Part shown: piece by piece, positions 26,260 to 38,004 of the stretch
Layout of the letters: every line of letters starts with the position of its first letter
Position numbering within the stretch: position 1 is the first letter of the stretch
Assembly: GCF_025526975.1 (NCBI RefSeq)
Contig: NW_026515689.1
Location: 62,001 to 126,000 of the forward strand
Origin: Fimicolochytrium jonesii
Taxonomy: Eukaryota
Length of the DNA: 64,000 nt
Direction of reading: 5' to 3'
Notes under the pieces: generated by a model
The model's input: the letters and a program-made list of their open reading frames with translations, nothing else
Database searches by the model: none
Told to the model about the DNA's origin: nothing
Made by a program: the position numbers and the translations under genes

Positions 26260-28065
26260 CCAAAACTCGACGATGGAGCCCTTGCCCTTGGTCTATCACT
26301 GCCACCCCGCGTTCAGCAATGGTTCCTAAAGAAACGAACCCACTGCGTCATCGCCCAAATTCGCACTCGCCGGCCAGGATGCTTCCACATCACCCCTGCC
26401 GATGGGAACCTTGAGTCTGCAGTTCAGGTTTACGATTCCGACTGCATCATCTATGGCGTGGATGCAGAGGACAAGTTTATCATACTTGTTATGTACATGC
26501 CAGATGCCTTCGACAGCAAAACGATGACAAAGATGACTAAACTGTATGAGGATTGGAATGGAGCTGCGAATCCAGACTCACAGCCTTTCACTCGCCCACT
26601 TTGCTACATCCACAAGAGAGCTGGAAGGCACCGAGGTTTCGACGAGAGCCATCGTGTATGCCGTTCTGGTGTTTGGGTTGCTCCGGGTGAGAGTGGCATT
26701 ACCCCTGTTAGCGACGTCACTGGAGACCACGAAAGAGCTGGAAGGCACCGAGGTTTCGACGAGAGCCATCGTGCATGCCGTTCTGGTGTTTGGGTTGCTC
26801 CGGGTGAGAGTGGCATTACCCCTGTTAGCGACGTCACTGGAGACCACGAAAGAGCTGGAAGGCACCGAGGTTTCGACGAGAGCCATCGTGCATGCCGTTC
26901 TGGTGTTTGGGTTGCTCCGGGTGAGAGTGGCATTACCCCTGTTAGCGACGTCACTGGAGACCACGAAAGAGCTGGAAGGCACCGAGGTTTCGACGAGAGC
27001 CATCGTGTATGCCGTTCTGGTGTTTGGGTTGCTCCGGGTGAGAGTGGCATTACCCCTGTTAGCGACGTCACTGGAGACCACGAAAGAGCTGGAAGGCACC
27101 GAGGTTTCGACGAGAGCCATTGTGTATGCCGTTCTGGTGTTTGGGTTGCTCCGGGTGAGAGTGGCATTACCCCTGTTAGCGACGTCACTGGAGACCACGA
27201 AAGAGCTGGAAGCCACCGAGGTTTCGACGAGAGCCATCGTGCATGCCGTTCTGGTGTTTGGGTTGCTCCGGGTGAGAGTGGCATTATCCCAGTTAGCGAC
27301 GTCACTGGAGACCACGAAAGAGCTGGAAGGCACCGAGGTTTCGACGAGAGCCATCGTGTATGCCGTTCTGGTGTTTGGGTTGCTCCGGGTGAGAGTGGCA
27401 TTACCCCTGTTAGCGACGTCACTGGAGACCACGAAAGAGCTGGAAGCCACCGAGGTTTCGACGAGAGCCATCGTGCATGCCGTTCTGGTGTTTGGGTTGC
27501 TCCGGGTGAGAGTGGCATTATCCCAGTTAGCGACGTCACTGGAGAGAATGCCTACAGGTATGCATCGAAGTCGCGTCTTGCACAACAGTGACCTTTTACT
27601 AAACCATTTGTCAGGGCTCCTGGAGCGACAGCAATACACAAAGCATATGTCAACCTTGGCATAGCAAAGGTTGTGCATGCGATGGCATGGATCGGTGCCC
27701 CCAAGGATTACGTTGCCAACCGAAATACTATCAGCAAGCTCAGCCGTATCAACAAAGCTTACCTACCAGCCAACGATTGCTGGTCTTCACACACGCACAT
27801 CTTCAAATCGCTAGTCGACTGCCACTACGATGTCGAGGACAAAGGGTTCACAGCACAGTATCCGTTCGGCGATTTCGAAGGAGGGGGGGACTTGGAGTTT
27901 GTCGACATCGGCATCCGATTGAAGCAGCGACCAGGCACCCTTACCCTGTTCCGTGCCGATCTCCTGCGTCATCAGGTCACAGACTATCTGACTGGCAATC
28001 GCTACGTACACTCGGCATTTATGCAAGCAAGGGTCGCCAATGGAGTTGCAAGGGGAATGACGTAG
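26260..28065 (+). CDS. TET/JBP-family 2OG-Fe(II) nucleic-acid dioxygenase with internal tandem amplification
   Basis: Open frame 26260-27557, then intron 27558-27614, then CHYDVED (HxD), FGDFEGGGDLEF.DIGI.L..RPG...LFRADLLRHQV (distal His) and TGNRY (2OG-binding Arg). This matches the fungal TET/JBP pattern. Confidence 0.75.
26610..27545 (+). repeat. tandem array, exactly 8 x 117 bp, in frame (39-aa unit)
   Basis: Units start at 26610, 26727, 26844, 26961, 27078, 27195, 27312 and 27429. Unit peptide HERAGRHRGFDESHRVCRSGVWVAPGESGITPVSDVTGD, with a few copy-specific SNPs. Confidence 0.98.
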
Positions 28066-28745
28066 ACGGAGGTTTGGGGAGGTCGGAGCAAAAAAGGAAG
28101 GGATAAGCATTATAACATATACCCCGTGTACGAAAGTTTCAATCAGTGTCGCAAAGACCGTACCCTCACAACGATAGTTTCTCAGCAGAGTTTCCAAAAC
28201 CGCAGGGAGATGTGGAACATATCGTGTCCCGATTACAAAGGGCTCTTTGCGTGTCGACCATCCATGGCCTTCTATCCCGGGGAGACTTTGCCTGCAGGAA
28301 TTGTACCCGACGACCTTCTCATCGGCTTCCTTGGTGAGTTCACGAGAAATTCTGGATCCGATTCTGCCAGATCTCGAGACGGCGTCTCAGGTCGGAACCA
28401 TTCTCCCTGGAATTCGACAGCGGGTCGTTCCCGTCACTGTCCGTATTCAACAACCACGGGCAGTACCAAATTGATTCTCAGCGAACCGTCTCGTAGCAAT
28501 TTGACAATGACATCTCAAGAATAAAGACATACAGAACATTATTTACAACGTTGAAGAAGGACCTTCCTATATATGTCGGGAGCTATTTCTGAGGGACACA
28601 GACGGCCACTCTTGAGAAAAGAGGTGACTTCGATTTTCCTTCTTGTCTGATTTTTTCTTCTGATGATCAGAACGGCTTGTAGTTACTTTGAGAATGTTAA
28701 GGAGCATGCGTGGTCATCAGGACGCACGGTGAAGACGTCGCTTGT

Positions 28746-29616
28746 TTAAAGAGAAAAAAGGTGCTTCGCCAGTGCGTCCTGCTTGAGGTGCTTCCTCGCT
28801 TCTTCGAGTTCCTCTTTGTATTTCGCAATCTCCTCAATCATTTTCTTTCGCTCATCCTCCCAAGCGTCCTCAACGCGTGCTTTAGATTCCATCCCATATT
28901 TCTCAGACGGTTTCTGATGGTCCTCACGCACACGCCTGAGCTCGGTCTTGTAAGCGTCGTCCAGGTGTGCTTTGAATTCAAGATCTGCCTTTTCCTCTCC
29001 TCGTTGTTCCACCCGCCTCGCTTCCAACGCCTCTAGCAGACATTCCATTTCGGTTTGCCAGTGTTCTTGAGTCATTTCGACGAAGTGGAGGGGGCAGTAG
29101 TTCATTCTGCCGTTTTGTCGGTTGACGACGACGGCTTGTCGCCCTGGGTTCTGCGCGTTCGTGGACTGGTAATCGATGGACACGGAATCGATGTTGTCGA
29201 GGTTCAGGACCACTTCTTGACAGAAAAGATAGTAGGGAGACACCGCTTCGGTCTTCCCCTCGGTTGCAGAGCCCATCGCGAAGATTGTTCTGGCTTTTTG
29301 TGTTTGCTCTGAGACGAGAACGACGATGCCGAACCAAATCCGTGTGCTTGGAAAACTGGAAGGTTTTGAGTGTTCGAGGTTGTCACGAAGTCTCGGGTCA
29401 AGCTAACTTTCGCTTTCTCTGCCAAGGGCTTACAAAAGGGTGAACGTCTGAGATCTCGCGTCCGTCTCCACAATGTTTCTGGGGACATTGCCACATTCTC
29501 CTGGACGGCTCAAGTGATTCCGGCAGGGAGGTAATGCTTGAAATGGAAATGTCCACTCCTGCATCAATCCATTGCTGATAATGTACTGCAGAAACGAGGC
29601 TCCACATCGCATTCAT
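28746..29616 (-). pseudogene. hypothetical coiled-coil protein, fragmented over several frames
   Basis: E/K/R-rich helical ORF 28746-29276 is preceded by overlapping short ORFs in other frames. It is convergent with the TET/JBP gene. Confidence 0.35.
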
Positions 29617-30572
29617 ATGATAGAAAGAGGCATTGAGTGATGCGCATCGGATTCATATTCCATGCATTCCCGTACTATAAACGGCTCCCCGTACTATAAA
29701 GAACTTCGAACCAATACCGAGAATAATATTCTAAATTCCCTGCCAATGCCCACTTCGAATATATACGACTAACACGGTGGGATAGACATTCAGGGCTTGC
29801 CTCTCCGCAAGAACGCGAACTTCCGACGAATGCTGGACAGTCTGTACAAAGCGAGCCAGATGCATTGTTTATGCAAACGTCCTAGCATTGAGCGAAAAGC
29901 CAGCAAGATCAATCATGTCAAGTTTGAGAGATCCTCGTCGGCGAAGATGTGATGAGGCCGCAAACTTTTTAGAAAGGACTCTAATCATCGTATGAAAACT
30001 CGGGAAAAGGGGCCTGCGCTCGACCCCTCTGCAACTATTGTATGCGTCCGAATATCCAAGTATGAAAGAAGGGCTGAGCAGAGACCGGGAGGACCGCAGA
30101 GGACCGCCATTCATTACAAGATGATATATCAATTTCAACACCTCCCCCCGCCGCAAACCGCTGTTCCCTCAGGATTCACAACAATCGCTCCGCCAAGCCG
30201 CCGCAACGGTCTGATTCATCGAGTGACAGGAATTCGACAGCGCGCCGCTTGAACACGTCACGCGAATCCCCGCCCTTATCCCTGCTCCCGACTTGGACCT
30301 CAACGGGCCAACTCCCAAACAGGAAATGGAAAGGCAAAATCGAACATTCCTTGCACCACATGCTCAGCAGCGTGTGGCAAGAGGGGCAACTTGGCACGGG
30401 CGGGGAGCATACGCCGAGAAAAAATGACACGGATTAGGTGGGAGAGTATAAAAGCCAGCGTTGGGGATCCATTTTCTCCGTTTGACCTACGTTCCGACTT
30501 ACATCAATCTGTTCTTCGTCTGAGATATCTACGAACCATCGATTAGTCTACACAATATAGTAGCACATCACC

Positions 30573-32753
30573 ATGCGCGCAACTGCTCGTCCCCAGTCAC
30601 TCGGGCAGTCCGTCCTCGCCTTCCTCCTCGTAATCCTGACCCTCACGTCCATCTCGACATCTGCTCGTCCAGCGGCATCCAGAGAGGCATCACCCAGGCA
30701 GGAGGTTGCTACTCTGAACCCAGTTGACACTCCGCCAGCCGCTACCCAGGAACCCGTTGAAGATGCCCCAGCGCCCCAGCGAGCTACCGCACGTCCTCAA
30801 CCGGTCGCGACGCAGGAACCAGTTGACGATACCCCAGCTCCCCAGCGAGCTACCGCACGTCCTCAACCGGTCGCGACGCAGGAACCCTTCGTTGTCGTGG
30901 TTCAGGCCTCGACACAGAAACCAGCCCCGGTTGCGACACGCACTAACCGGCCTCATCCCATCTCGACGCACAACACCTTCGCTGCTCATGCGTTACCATC
31001 AGTTGTGATCTCGCACACCGTCTCGAGGATCCCGTCGTCAACCCATAAGCCCGTCACGGTGGCTCATTCCACCAAACGCCATCATTCAACGAGGACCCGT
31101 AAAACTACTACCGTCGCACCAACCCCTTCTCATTCTACTACGCGCCCTCATGCATCGTGGACCCGCGAGACTACTACCATTGCTACAACACCATCCCGTT
31201 CCACCACGCGCCATCATGCATCGTCGACCCGTATAACTACTACTGTTGCCCCAACAACTTCTCACTCTACCACGCGCCATCATACAACATCGACACAGAG
31301 AACCACTACCCTTGCCTCAACGTCTTCCCATTCCTCCACAAGCCCTCAGCCATCCTCTACTCAGACGTCCTCCATCACCACCACCTCAACTGGAACGCAC
31401 GCATCCACTTCGCACGCATCCACCTCTCACGCCCACTCATCCTCCACCCGCAGACACTCCACCGCCGCACCCCACAAAACCACCCGCGGGCACACATCGC
31501 CCACCCACAAGCCGATCGCGCCTATCCCTCCTCCCCGCAACCCCTCCACTGGCACCGGTAGTTCAAGCCCCACCTTCAGCAAAATCGTCGTGATAGGCGA
31601 CTCGGCCTCCGATACCGGCAATCTGTTCAAAGCCGTCGGCGTACCGGTTGCACCGTACTACGAGGGTCGGCTTTCTAACGGGAAGGTGTGGGCCGAGTTT
31701 TTGGCGGAGAAGGTTAACGCAGAGCTTGTGGATTTGGCTTTTGCTGGGGTATGTATACTGTTCACATTAACTAAATTTGTGTTACTGAAGCGGACATTTA
31801 GCTGATGATTTGATCATTCTTTTTATTCACAGGCGGCAATCGACAGAAAACTCCTCCCTTCAAGCAACCCCAACCATTACATTCCTCTCCCCCCGGACTT
31901 CCACGAGCAAGTCACCAACTTCCTCAACTTTACCTATAACGACCACACGCACCATCATCATCACCACATCACCGCAAACTCCACCACAGCTCAGAAAGAG
32001 GCCGCCGAGGCCGAAGAAGCGAAGGAAGCCGCCGACCCCGCCGCACAGTACACGCTCAAATACGGGTTCCCCAACGCCTCAACGACGCTGTACGTCGTGT
32101 ATGGTGGCGGGAACGATTACATTGGCGCGTTGACGGCGGCGATCGCGAGCCCGGTTGATCCTCAGAGCGGGTCAAAGGGCAATCCATTGAATAATCAGAT
32201 CAATCCCAAGGAAATCGTGCAGTCGTTGGTAGACGTCGTAACCAAGATTCGCAGCGCGCCCGAACTCGCCGCCCAGCACATCCTTGTCGGCACCTTACCC
32301 GATCTCGCTCAGACGCCCCTGATGAAAGGCATCGCCGAACTCTCGAAAAATGTAGTCCCGCGCAAGCAGTTCCTCGCAACCGTTTCGAAGTACATCACCG
32401 AACACAACAAACTCCTTACCGCCGCGGTCAAAGACCTCACCTCCACCCACCCCAACCCCGGGACGCCCTTCCGTATCGACATCGTCGACGTCGCGGCCCT
32501 CACAAAAGCTGAATTTACTGGCTCCGCCGCCAAATCGCACGGATTCACCAACATCAACACGCCGTGCCTGTCGCTGAACCGCCCGAGCAACGTGAGCTTG
32601 ACGCCGTGGTTAAACACGGATAAAAGCGCGTTCAAGGTTTGCAGGGATCCGGACACGCATGCGTTCTGGGACACGATTCACCGGCCAACCAGGGTGCACA
32701 AGCGGTATGCTGATGCGGCTTGGGACGTTTTAAGCAAGACGAACGATGTGTGA
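30573..32753 (+). CDS. secreted GDSL/SGNH lipase-esterase with long Ser/Thr/His-rich N-terminal stalk
   Basis: Signal peptide. IVVIGDSASDTGN (block I), GRLSNGKVW, GGGND (block III), FWDTIH (block V). Intron 31749-31832. Confidence 0.9.
30742..30888 (+). repeat. 66-bp coding tandem repeat (~2.2 copies)
   Basis: ATQEPVEDAPAPQRATARPQPV / ATQEPVDDTPAPQRATARPQPV / ATQEP. Confidence 0.9.
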
Positions 32754-33009
32754 TTTAGTTTCAGTTATTTTCGATGTTTTGGACTCGTTATCGCCCCCTT
32801 CCCAAGTGTTGTTGAGAGCAAGATATGTTTATATGATCTTCGCTCAATCTGTACATGTACAGTGTGTATTGTATGAGACATGTAAAATGGTGTATTGTAT
32901 TGTGAAAATATGGAAAACATGAAAACATGATTTGAGTTATGAATCCATCTTGTCAACGAATGGTGACGGGGAGTACCTTCAATGTGGTTATCCCTGAAGC
33001 ATCTCTTGT

Positions 33010-33345
33010 GGACATGGAATGATCACTCCAGTGAGCGAAGTGACTGGTGTGAATGCCTGCAGGTATGGTGATTGATGTGGTTGATGAAGGCTTCCAACTA
33101 ATTTTGGACTCCCTGCAGGGCTCCTGGGGCAGCTGCCATTCACCATGCTTACATCAAGCATGGCATCGCCAAACTTATTCATGCGATGGCATGGATCGCC
33201 TTCCCCGAAGAATATTATTCCAACCGAGACACGATCAAGGGTTTCACCGATCTTAACAAGGGATATCTCCCAAAAGACGATTGCTGGTCCACCCATACCC
33301 ACATTTTGGAATTCGACAGTCGATTGCCGCTTCGATGTGGGGCCC
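33010..33345 (+). pseudogene. truncated paralog of the TET/JBP gene
   Basis: GMITPVSEVTGVNACR, intron 33063-33118, then APGAAAIHHAYIKHGIAKLIHAMAWI...KGYLPKDDCWSTHTHI, a +1 frameshift, and NSTVDCRFDV. This aligns to 27513-27840 with the same intron position. Confidence 0.85.
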
Positions 33346-33401
33346 CGGGCAAGTGGCGGTGAAGGACACTCCGAAGCTGGCGTGGGTGGAACCTTCTTCT
33401 G

Positions 33402-33780
33402 GGCCGGATGCGTGCTATCGACCACCCGCTCACCATACGATGGCTTCATCAAGAAAAATCATTCAGTCCAACGAACCCTCGAACAGACCCTCGCCTGTGG
33501 TTTGTGCAGGTGCGAAAGCCCATCGATCTCACATTCTCGGGCGGTCATGCCGCCTGGGTACATTCCGCATACTGAACAACCCTGGGAATTTTTGGCCGGA
33601 TCGTGCTATCGACTCCCCGGCGCACCATACTATGGCTCCATCAAGAAAATTATTCAGTTCAACGAACCCTCGAACAGACCCTCGCCTCTGGTTTGTGCAG
33701 GTGCGGAAGCCCATTGGAGTCACATCCTCGGGGGGTCGGTGCCGCTTGGGTGAATTCCGCATACTGAAAAAACCTGGGGA
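33402..33780. repeat. diverged two-copy tandem duplication, period ~192 bp
   Basis: ggccggat(g)cgtgctatcgac...aacgaaccctcgaacagaccctcgcct.tggtttgtgcaggtgcg.aagcccat...attccgcatactgaa occurs at 33402 and 33594. Confidence 0.9.
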
Positions 33781-34451
33781 TGATTCCCGATATCAGTCGT
33801 ACGGTGTTGTGGGACTGGAAATTGACTGGAAATGCCCGAGTTGCGCGATTTGGGCAGCGCGCGTCACGCGAGAACGAGCAATGATGGTGATTCTGTCGAA
33901 GGTGAACACTCCGAACGCCCACGACGGCGATGCCTAGGAGGTCGCCCGGCTTCAGCGGCCCCGCGGACGCTCGAACGTCCTACTGCTCGCCTCGCGCGTG
34001 AGACGAGACGACAGATCCATGGCCCTGCGCTTCCGTTTGCGAAGCCATGGATCTGGAGGCTCGTCTCACGCGTGGAGCCTGTGGGTTCTCCGGCAGAGGG
34101 GCTGTTCTATACATATAGTACGGTATCAGGACCGCAATCAAGTGAAGCACGCTGGACGCGCTCTGATACATGAAGTTTGCCTGCGTCGACAGCGACTTTA
34201 TCGCTGTCGTAAACGTGTCTCGGCAGGATCAACGAGACTGATGTACATACAACAACCCCGTCGCCGTCTACCCTCCTACATTACATACGATGTATACACC
34301 TCCGCTACATACGCCGGCCAACCCAACCTCGTACATATACCACACGTCTTCCACTTGCCCCCCTTCCCCTCCATCCACCCCCACTATAACTTACAAAACC
34401 CTGCTCCCTGCGTCCTCTACTCTATCATGGTACATCCCCGCATGAGATTTT

Positions 34452-37400
34452 CTATTTCCCCTTCATGAGCGTCAAGAACGCCTCCTGGGGCAACTGCACC
34501 CCGCCCGCGACCGTCTTCATGCGCTTCTTGCCCGCTTTTTGCCGGTCGAGGAGTTTCATTTTTCGTGTAATGTCGCCTCCGTACTGTTTTAAATCATGGA
34601 GGGGGGATCGGTTAGTGTTTGATGGGGAGGGAGAAGGAGGGGGTGTGCTTACGCATTTGGCTGTGACGTCTTTTCGTACGGGTTTGACGCTATGCCCACC
34701 ACAGCAGGGTGAGTATCGCCGATTGGGGGGCCCAGGAAAGGGTTGAGGAAACAGCGAATTGAAAGCACTCACGATTCCCGACAAACAATTTTATTATTAA
34801 CCGCAGCCTGGATGATGATCTCAAACAACTGGCGATTGATGACGGCTTTCAACCTTGCCGCCCAATCCTACATTTCAACCGAAAAGCAGTGAGATCTAAC
34901 AAAACCCCTTTTCAAGAACCCGGGTGTGGAGTGATAGCAAGGACATACCTTCGCGACCCGATCAGCATGCGACCGATGCACAATGGTCGCCAACGCGTCG
35001 ACGGGCTTGCTGTTCAGTAAGATGTTGACTTTGACGAGGTCGGCTTCGTCGTAGCCTGTTTCTTCGTAGTCAAAACTGTAGCCAAAACGTGATGTGTTGA
35101 GTTCCAGGGTGTGATATGATACACCGGGAGGGGGATTGTAGGGAGGGCTTTGGAGTTTACCTGGCGTATCCAGAAGTCCGCGATTTGAGCTGGTCGTAGA
35201 AATCGGTGAGGATTTCGGAGAGTGGGAGGCGGTATTTCATCATTACTCTGTTTCAGCGATTCCGGTGGTTTAGAGGGGGGGCCGTTTACAATGGGAACGC
35301 TTCGCCCAGGCTGATTTGAGAGTCTTACCTATTGTCGTCTATGTAGGTGTAGTCTACTTGTTCGCCTCTATGCGCCTGCCAAAAGTACAAGATCAGGAGG
35401 GGTTGATGGGGTACAAAACAACCACAGCCAACGTTTCGAGTGTACTTACCCCACACAAATCCATCAACGACCCCAAATGCTCCGCCGGAAAGATCAACGT
35501 CCCCATAACCATCGGCTCCAACAACGCCCCCACCTTCGCCAGTTCCTCAATATCCGGAAACTCCGCCGGATTGCGGACGATCTTCTCCTCGCCATTGGTG
35601 TATCGGACGATATAGGGTACCGTGGGCGAGGTGTTGATCACGGACGCGTCGTACTCCTCCTCTAGGCGTTCGCGGAACACGTCCATGTGGAGGGTACCGA
35701 GGAATCCTAGCCGGAACCCTTGTCCCAATGCGTTGGAGGATTCCCGGGCGACGCTGACGCTGGCGTCGTTGAGAGTGAGTCGGTCGAGTGCTTCCTGCAG
35801 TTTCGTGTAGTCGGCCGAATCGACGGGATACAAGCCAGCAAAGACCATGCTTTTGGCGGGTTCGAAGCCCGGGAAGGCTTCAACGGGGTGACCTTCACGG
35901 TAGAAAGTGTCACCGATATTCGCGTCGCGGGTGGTTTTCATGCCGAGGACGACGTAGCCAACCTGGCCGGCCTGCAGGGACGGCGTAGAGACTTGGGAAG
36001 GGTACATGATTCCTATATCAGTGACTTCGTAGGAGGTGCGGGTGTAGGCGGAGACGATGCGTTGGCCCTTTTTGAGACTGCCTTCGCGGACGGCGATGAG
36101 GCAGATGACGCCGACGTATTGGTCGTACCAGGTGTCGAATAGGAGGGCGCGGAAGGGCGCGCTGCGGTCGGCGGTAGGGGCGGGGATGTTTTCGATTACT
36201 TTGGGCAGGACTTTGTCGACGCCTAGGCCCGATTTGGCGGACATGGCGATGATGTCTGAGACGTCGAGGTCGAAGGTGGCTTCGATTTGGGATGCAACCT
36301 TTTCGACGTCTGCAGCGGGGAGGTCGATTTTGTTGATGGCTGGGATAATGGCGAGGTCTTGCCCGAAGGCGAGATAGAAGTTGGCGACGGTTTGGGCTTG
36401 GATGCCTTGGCCGGCGTCGACGAGGAGCAGGGTTCTAGGTACTATGAGTCAGTTATGTGATGACGCAAACGGATCTGAAAAGGGGAAACCTACCCCTGAC
36501 ATGCCGCCAGTGACCGAGACACTTCGTAGCTAAAGTCGACGTGTCCGGGCGTGTCGATCAAATTCAGAAGATAGTCTTCTCCTTTGTATGTGTACACCAT
36601 CGACGCTGTCTGGGCGAATCGGAAGATGTCAGGTTCTCGATAGCCTATGGTTCATTGCCATCCCGGGATATGAAGTGATATCCTGCTCGCTACGCTCGTA
36701 AGATGGTCCTGCTCGCCACTCCTCCCGTTCCTCGCCATTCCTCGCTTTTCGGGTCGGCATTCCTCGTTCAATGGGCACCTTTCTGCATTCCCGCCCGTAG
36801 CTTCGCAGTCCACTAACGCCTGCCACCACCACCACCGCCACGCCCCATTCCTCACCTGCGCCTTCACCGTAATCCCCCGTTCCCGTTCCACCTTCAGCTT
36901 ATCAAGAACCTGCTTATTCTCCGCATCTCGTGCGATCGTTCCTGCAACCACCATACTCCTTTGTTAGCGACCACCACCCTCCTCAATCGTAAACCCACGC
37001 ATCCATGTCTCTCCGCACCTGTCATCTCAAGCAACCGGTCCGCAAGCGTACTTTTCCCATGATCTTTTCATGTAACTTGATCAGCCGCCATCCTCATGTG
37101 TCCCCAACACATGTATCTCGTCCCACAAGCGAGTTCGAACTGTACCTATATGTGCGATGATGCTGCAGACAGGGGGAGAGAGACGCCCAATGGTGAGGAC
37201 CTCGGCGCCTGGGATACGCATTTGCTTTGCCCGCCCGACGCCTACATACCTGAAATTCCGTACGCGCTCCGGCGGAAACTCGGTCATATCCCATACCCGT
37301 TTCTTCTTCTGCGATTTCCCTTCCCATTCGTGAGTCGTCCCAAAACTGCATTTCCCCACGCTCGAAATTCCGCAGGCAACCCACCTTGGAGGCGTTCTCG

Positions 37401-37594
37401 GCGTAATTCCGCGTCTGTTGCAACTGGGACGTACTCCAAGTACCACGCTGAGTGACTCCCGCTGCCGCTGCTGCCCTCCGCTGCAGAGTGAGTGCGCATG
37501 AGGGGCATATGGTTGGTCGCCGTGCATTTGTTACTAGAGGTGGTGTTATCCGTGAGAATGGAGCCGTGGGCGAAAAGCGTGGTGGTGGCGGCAT
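34452..37594 (-). CDS. GUF1: mitochondrial translation factor EF4/LepA
   Basis: [61 protein letters not shown] and [20 protein letters not shown] across many exons. Confidence 0.97.
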
Positions 37595-38004
37595 CCTGTC
37601 GGGAGTTATGTGGCTGAGTGAGACCGCTCGAGAGTGGCTTCTCTCTCTCTCTGGGAGGGTCTAACTCTAATGGAGCTCAGCGGGGGTTCCAGCCCGCAGT
37701 CGTTGAGGTTGTTGAGAGTGTTGAGGTTGTTGAAAGCCCTGTCCTTTTCCTTGACGAGGGGGAGATCGGCGCGTCGCTTATCTATCTGGCCCCATCAACG
37801 CTCCCATCCCATCTCCTTCAGCGTACATATACAGAAAGGCTGGGCTGGTCCCCCTACGTACGCAACTCTCGCTCACTACGGTACGATAGAGAAGAAGGAC
37901 TATACTCTGTAAAACTCAGGACTTTATTCAGCGTCAAAAGGACCCGTCGAAGTAAGAACTCGGTCCATCCGCGCAAACGACATTCACATCCTGCCACCAA
38001 CGGA

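Noticed and set aside
26610..27545. CRISPR-like array
   Set aside because: Units are contiguous near-identical 117-mers with no unique spacers, no cas genes are nearby, and the array is coding and in frame.
26546..27678. Long overlapping ORFs in three other frames over the array
   Set aside because: These are a by-product of a stop-free unit whose length is divisible by 3. Only frame +1 connects to the dioxygenase and matches the paralog.
25300..34200. Complete transposon with transposase and terminal inverted repeats
   Set aside because: I could not find a transposase ORF, convincing TIRs or a target-site duplication, so mobility remains an inference.
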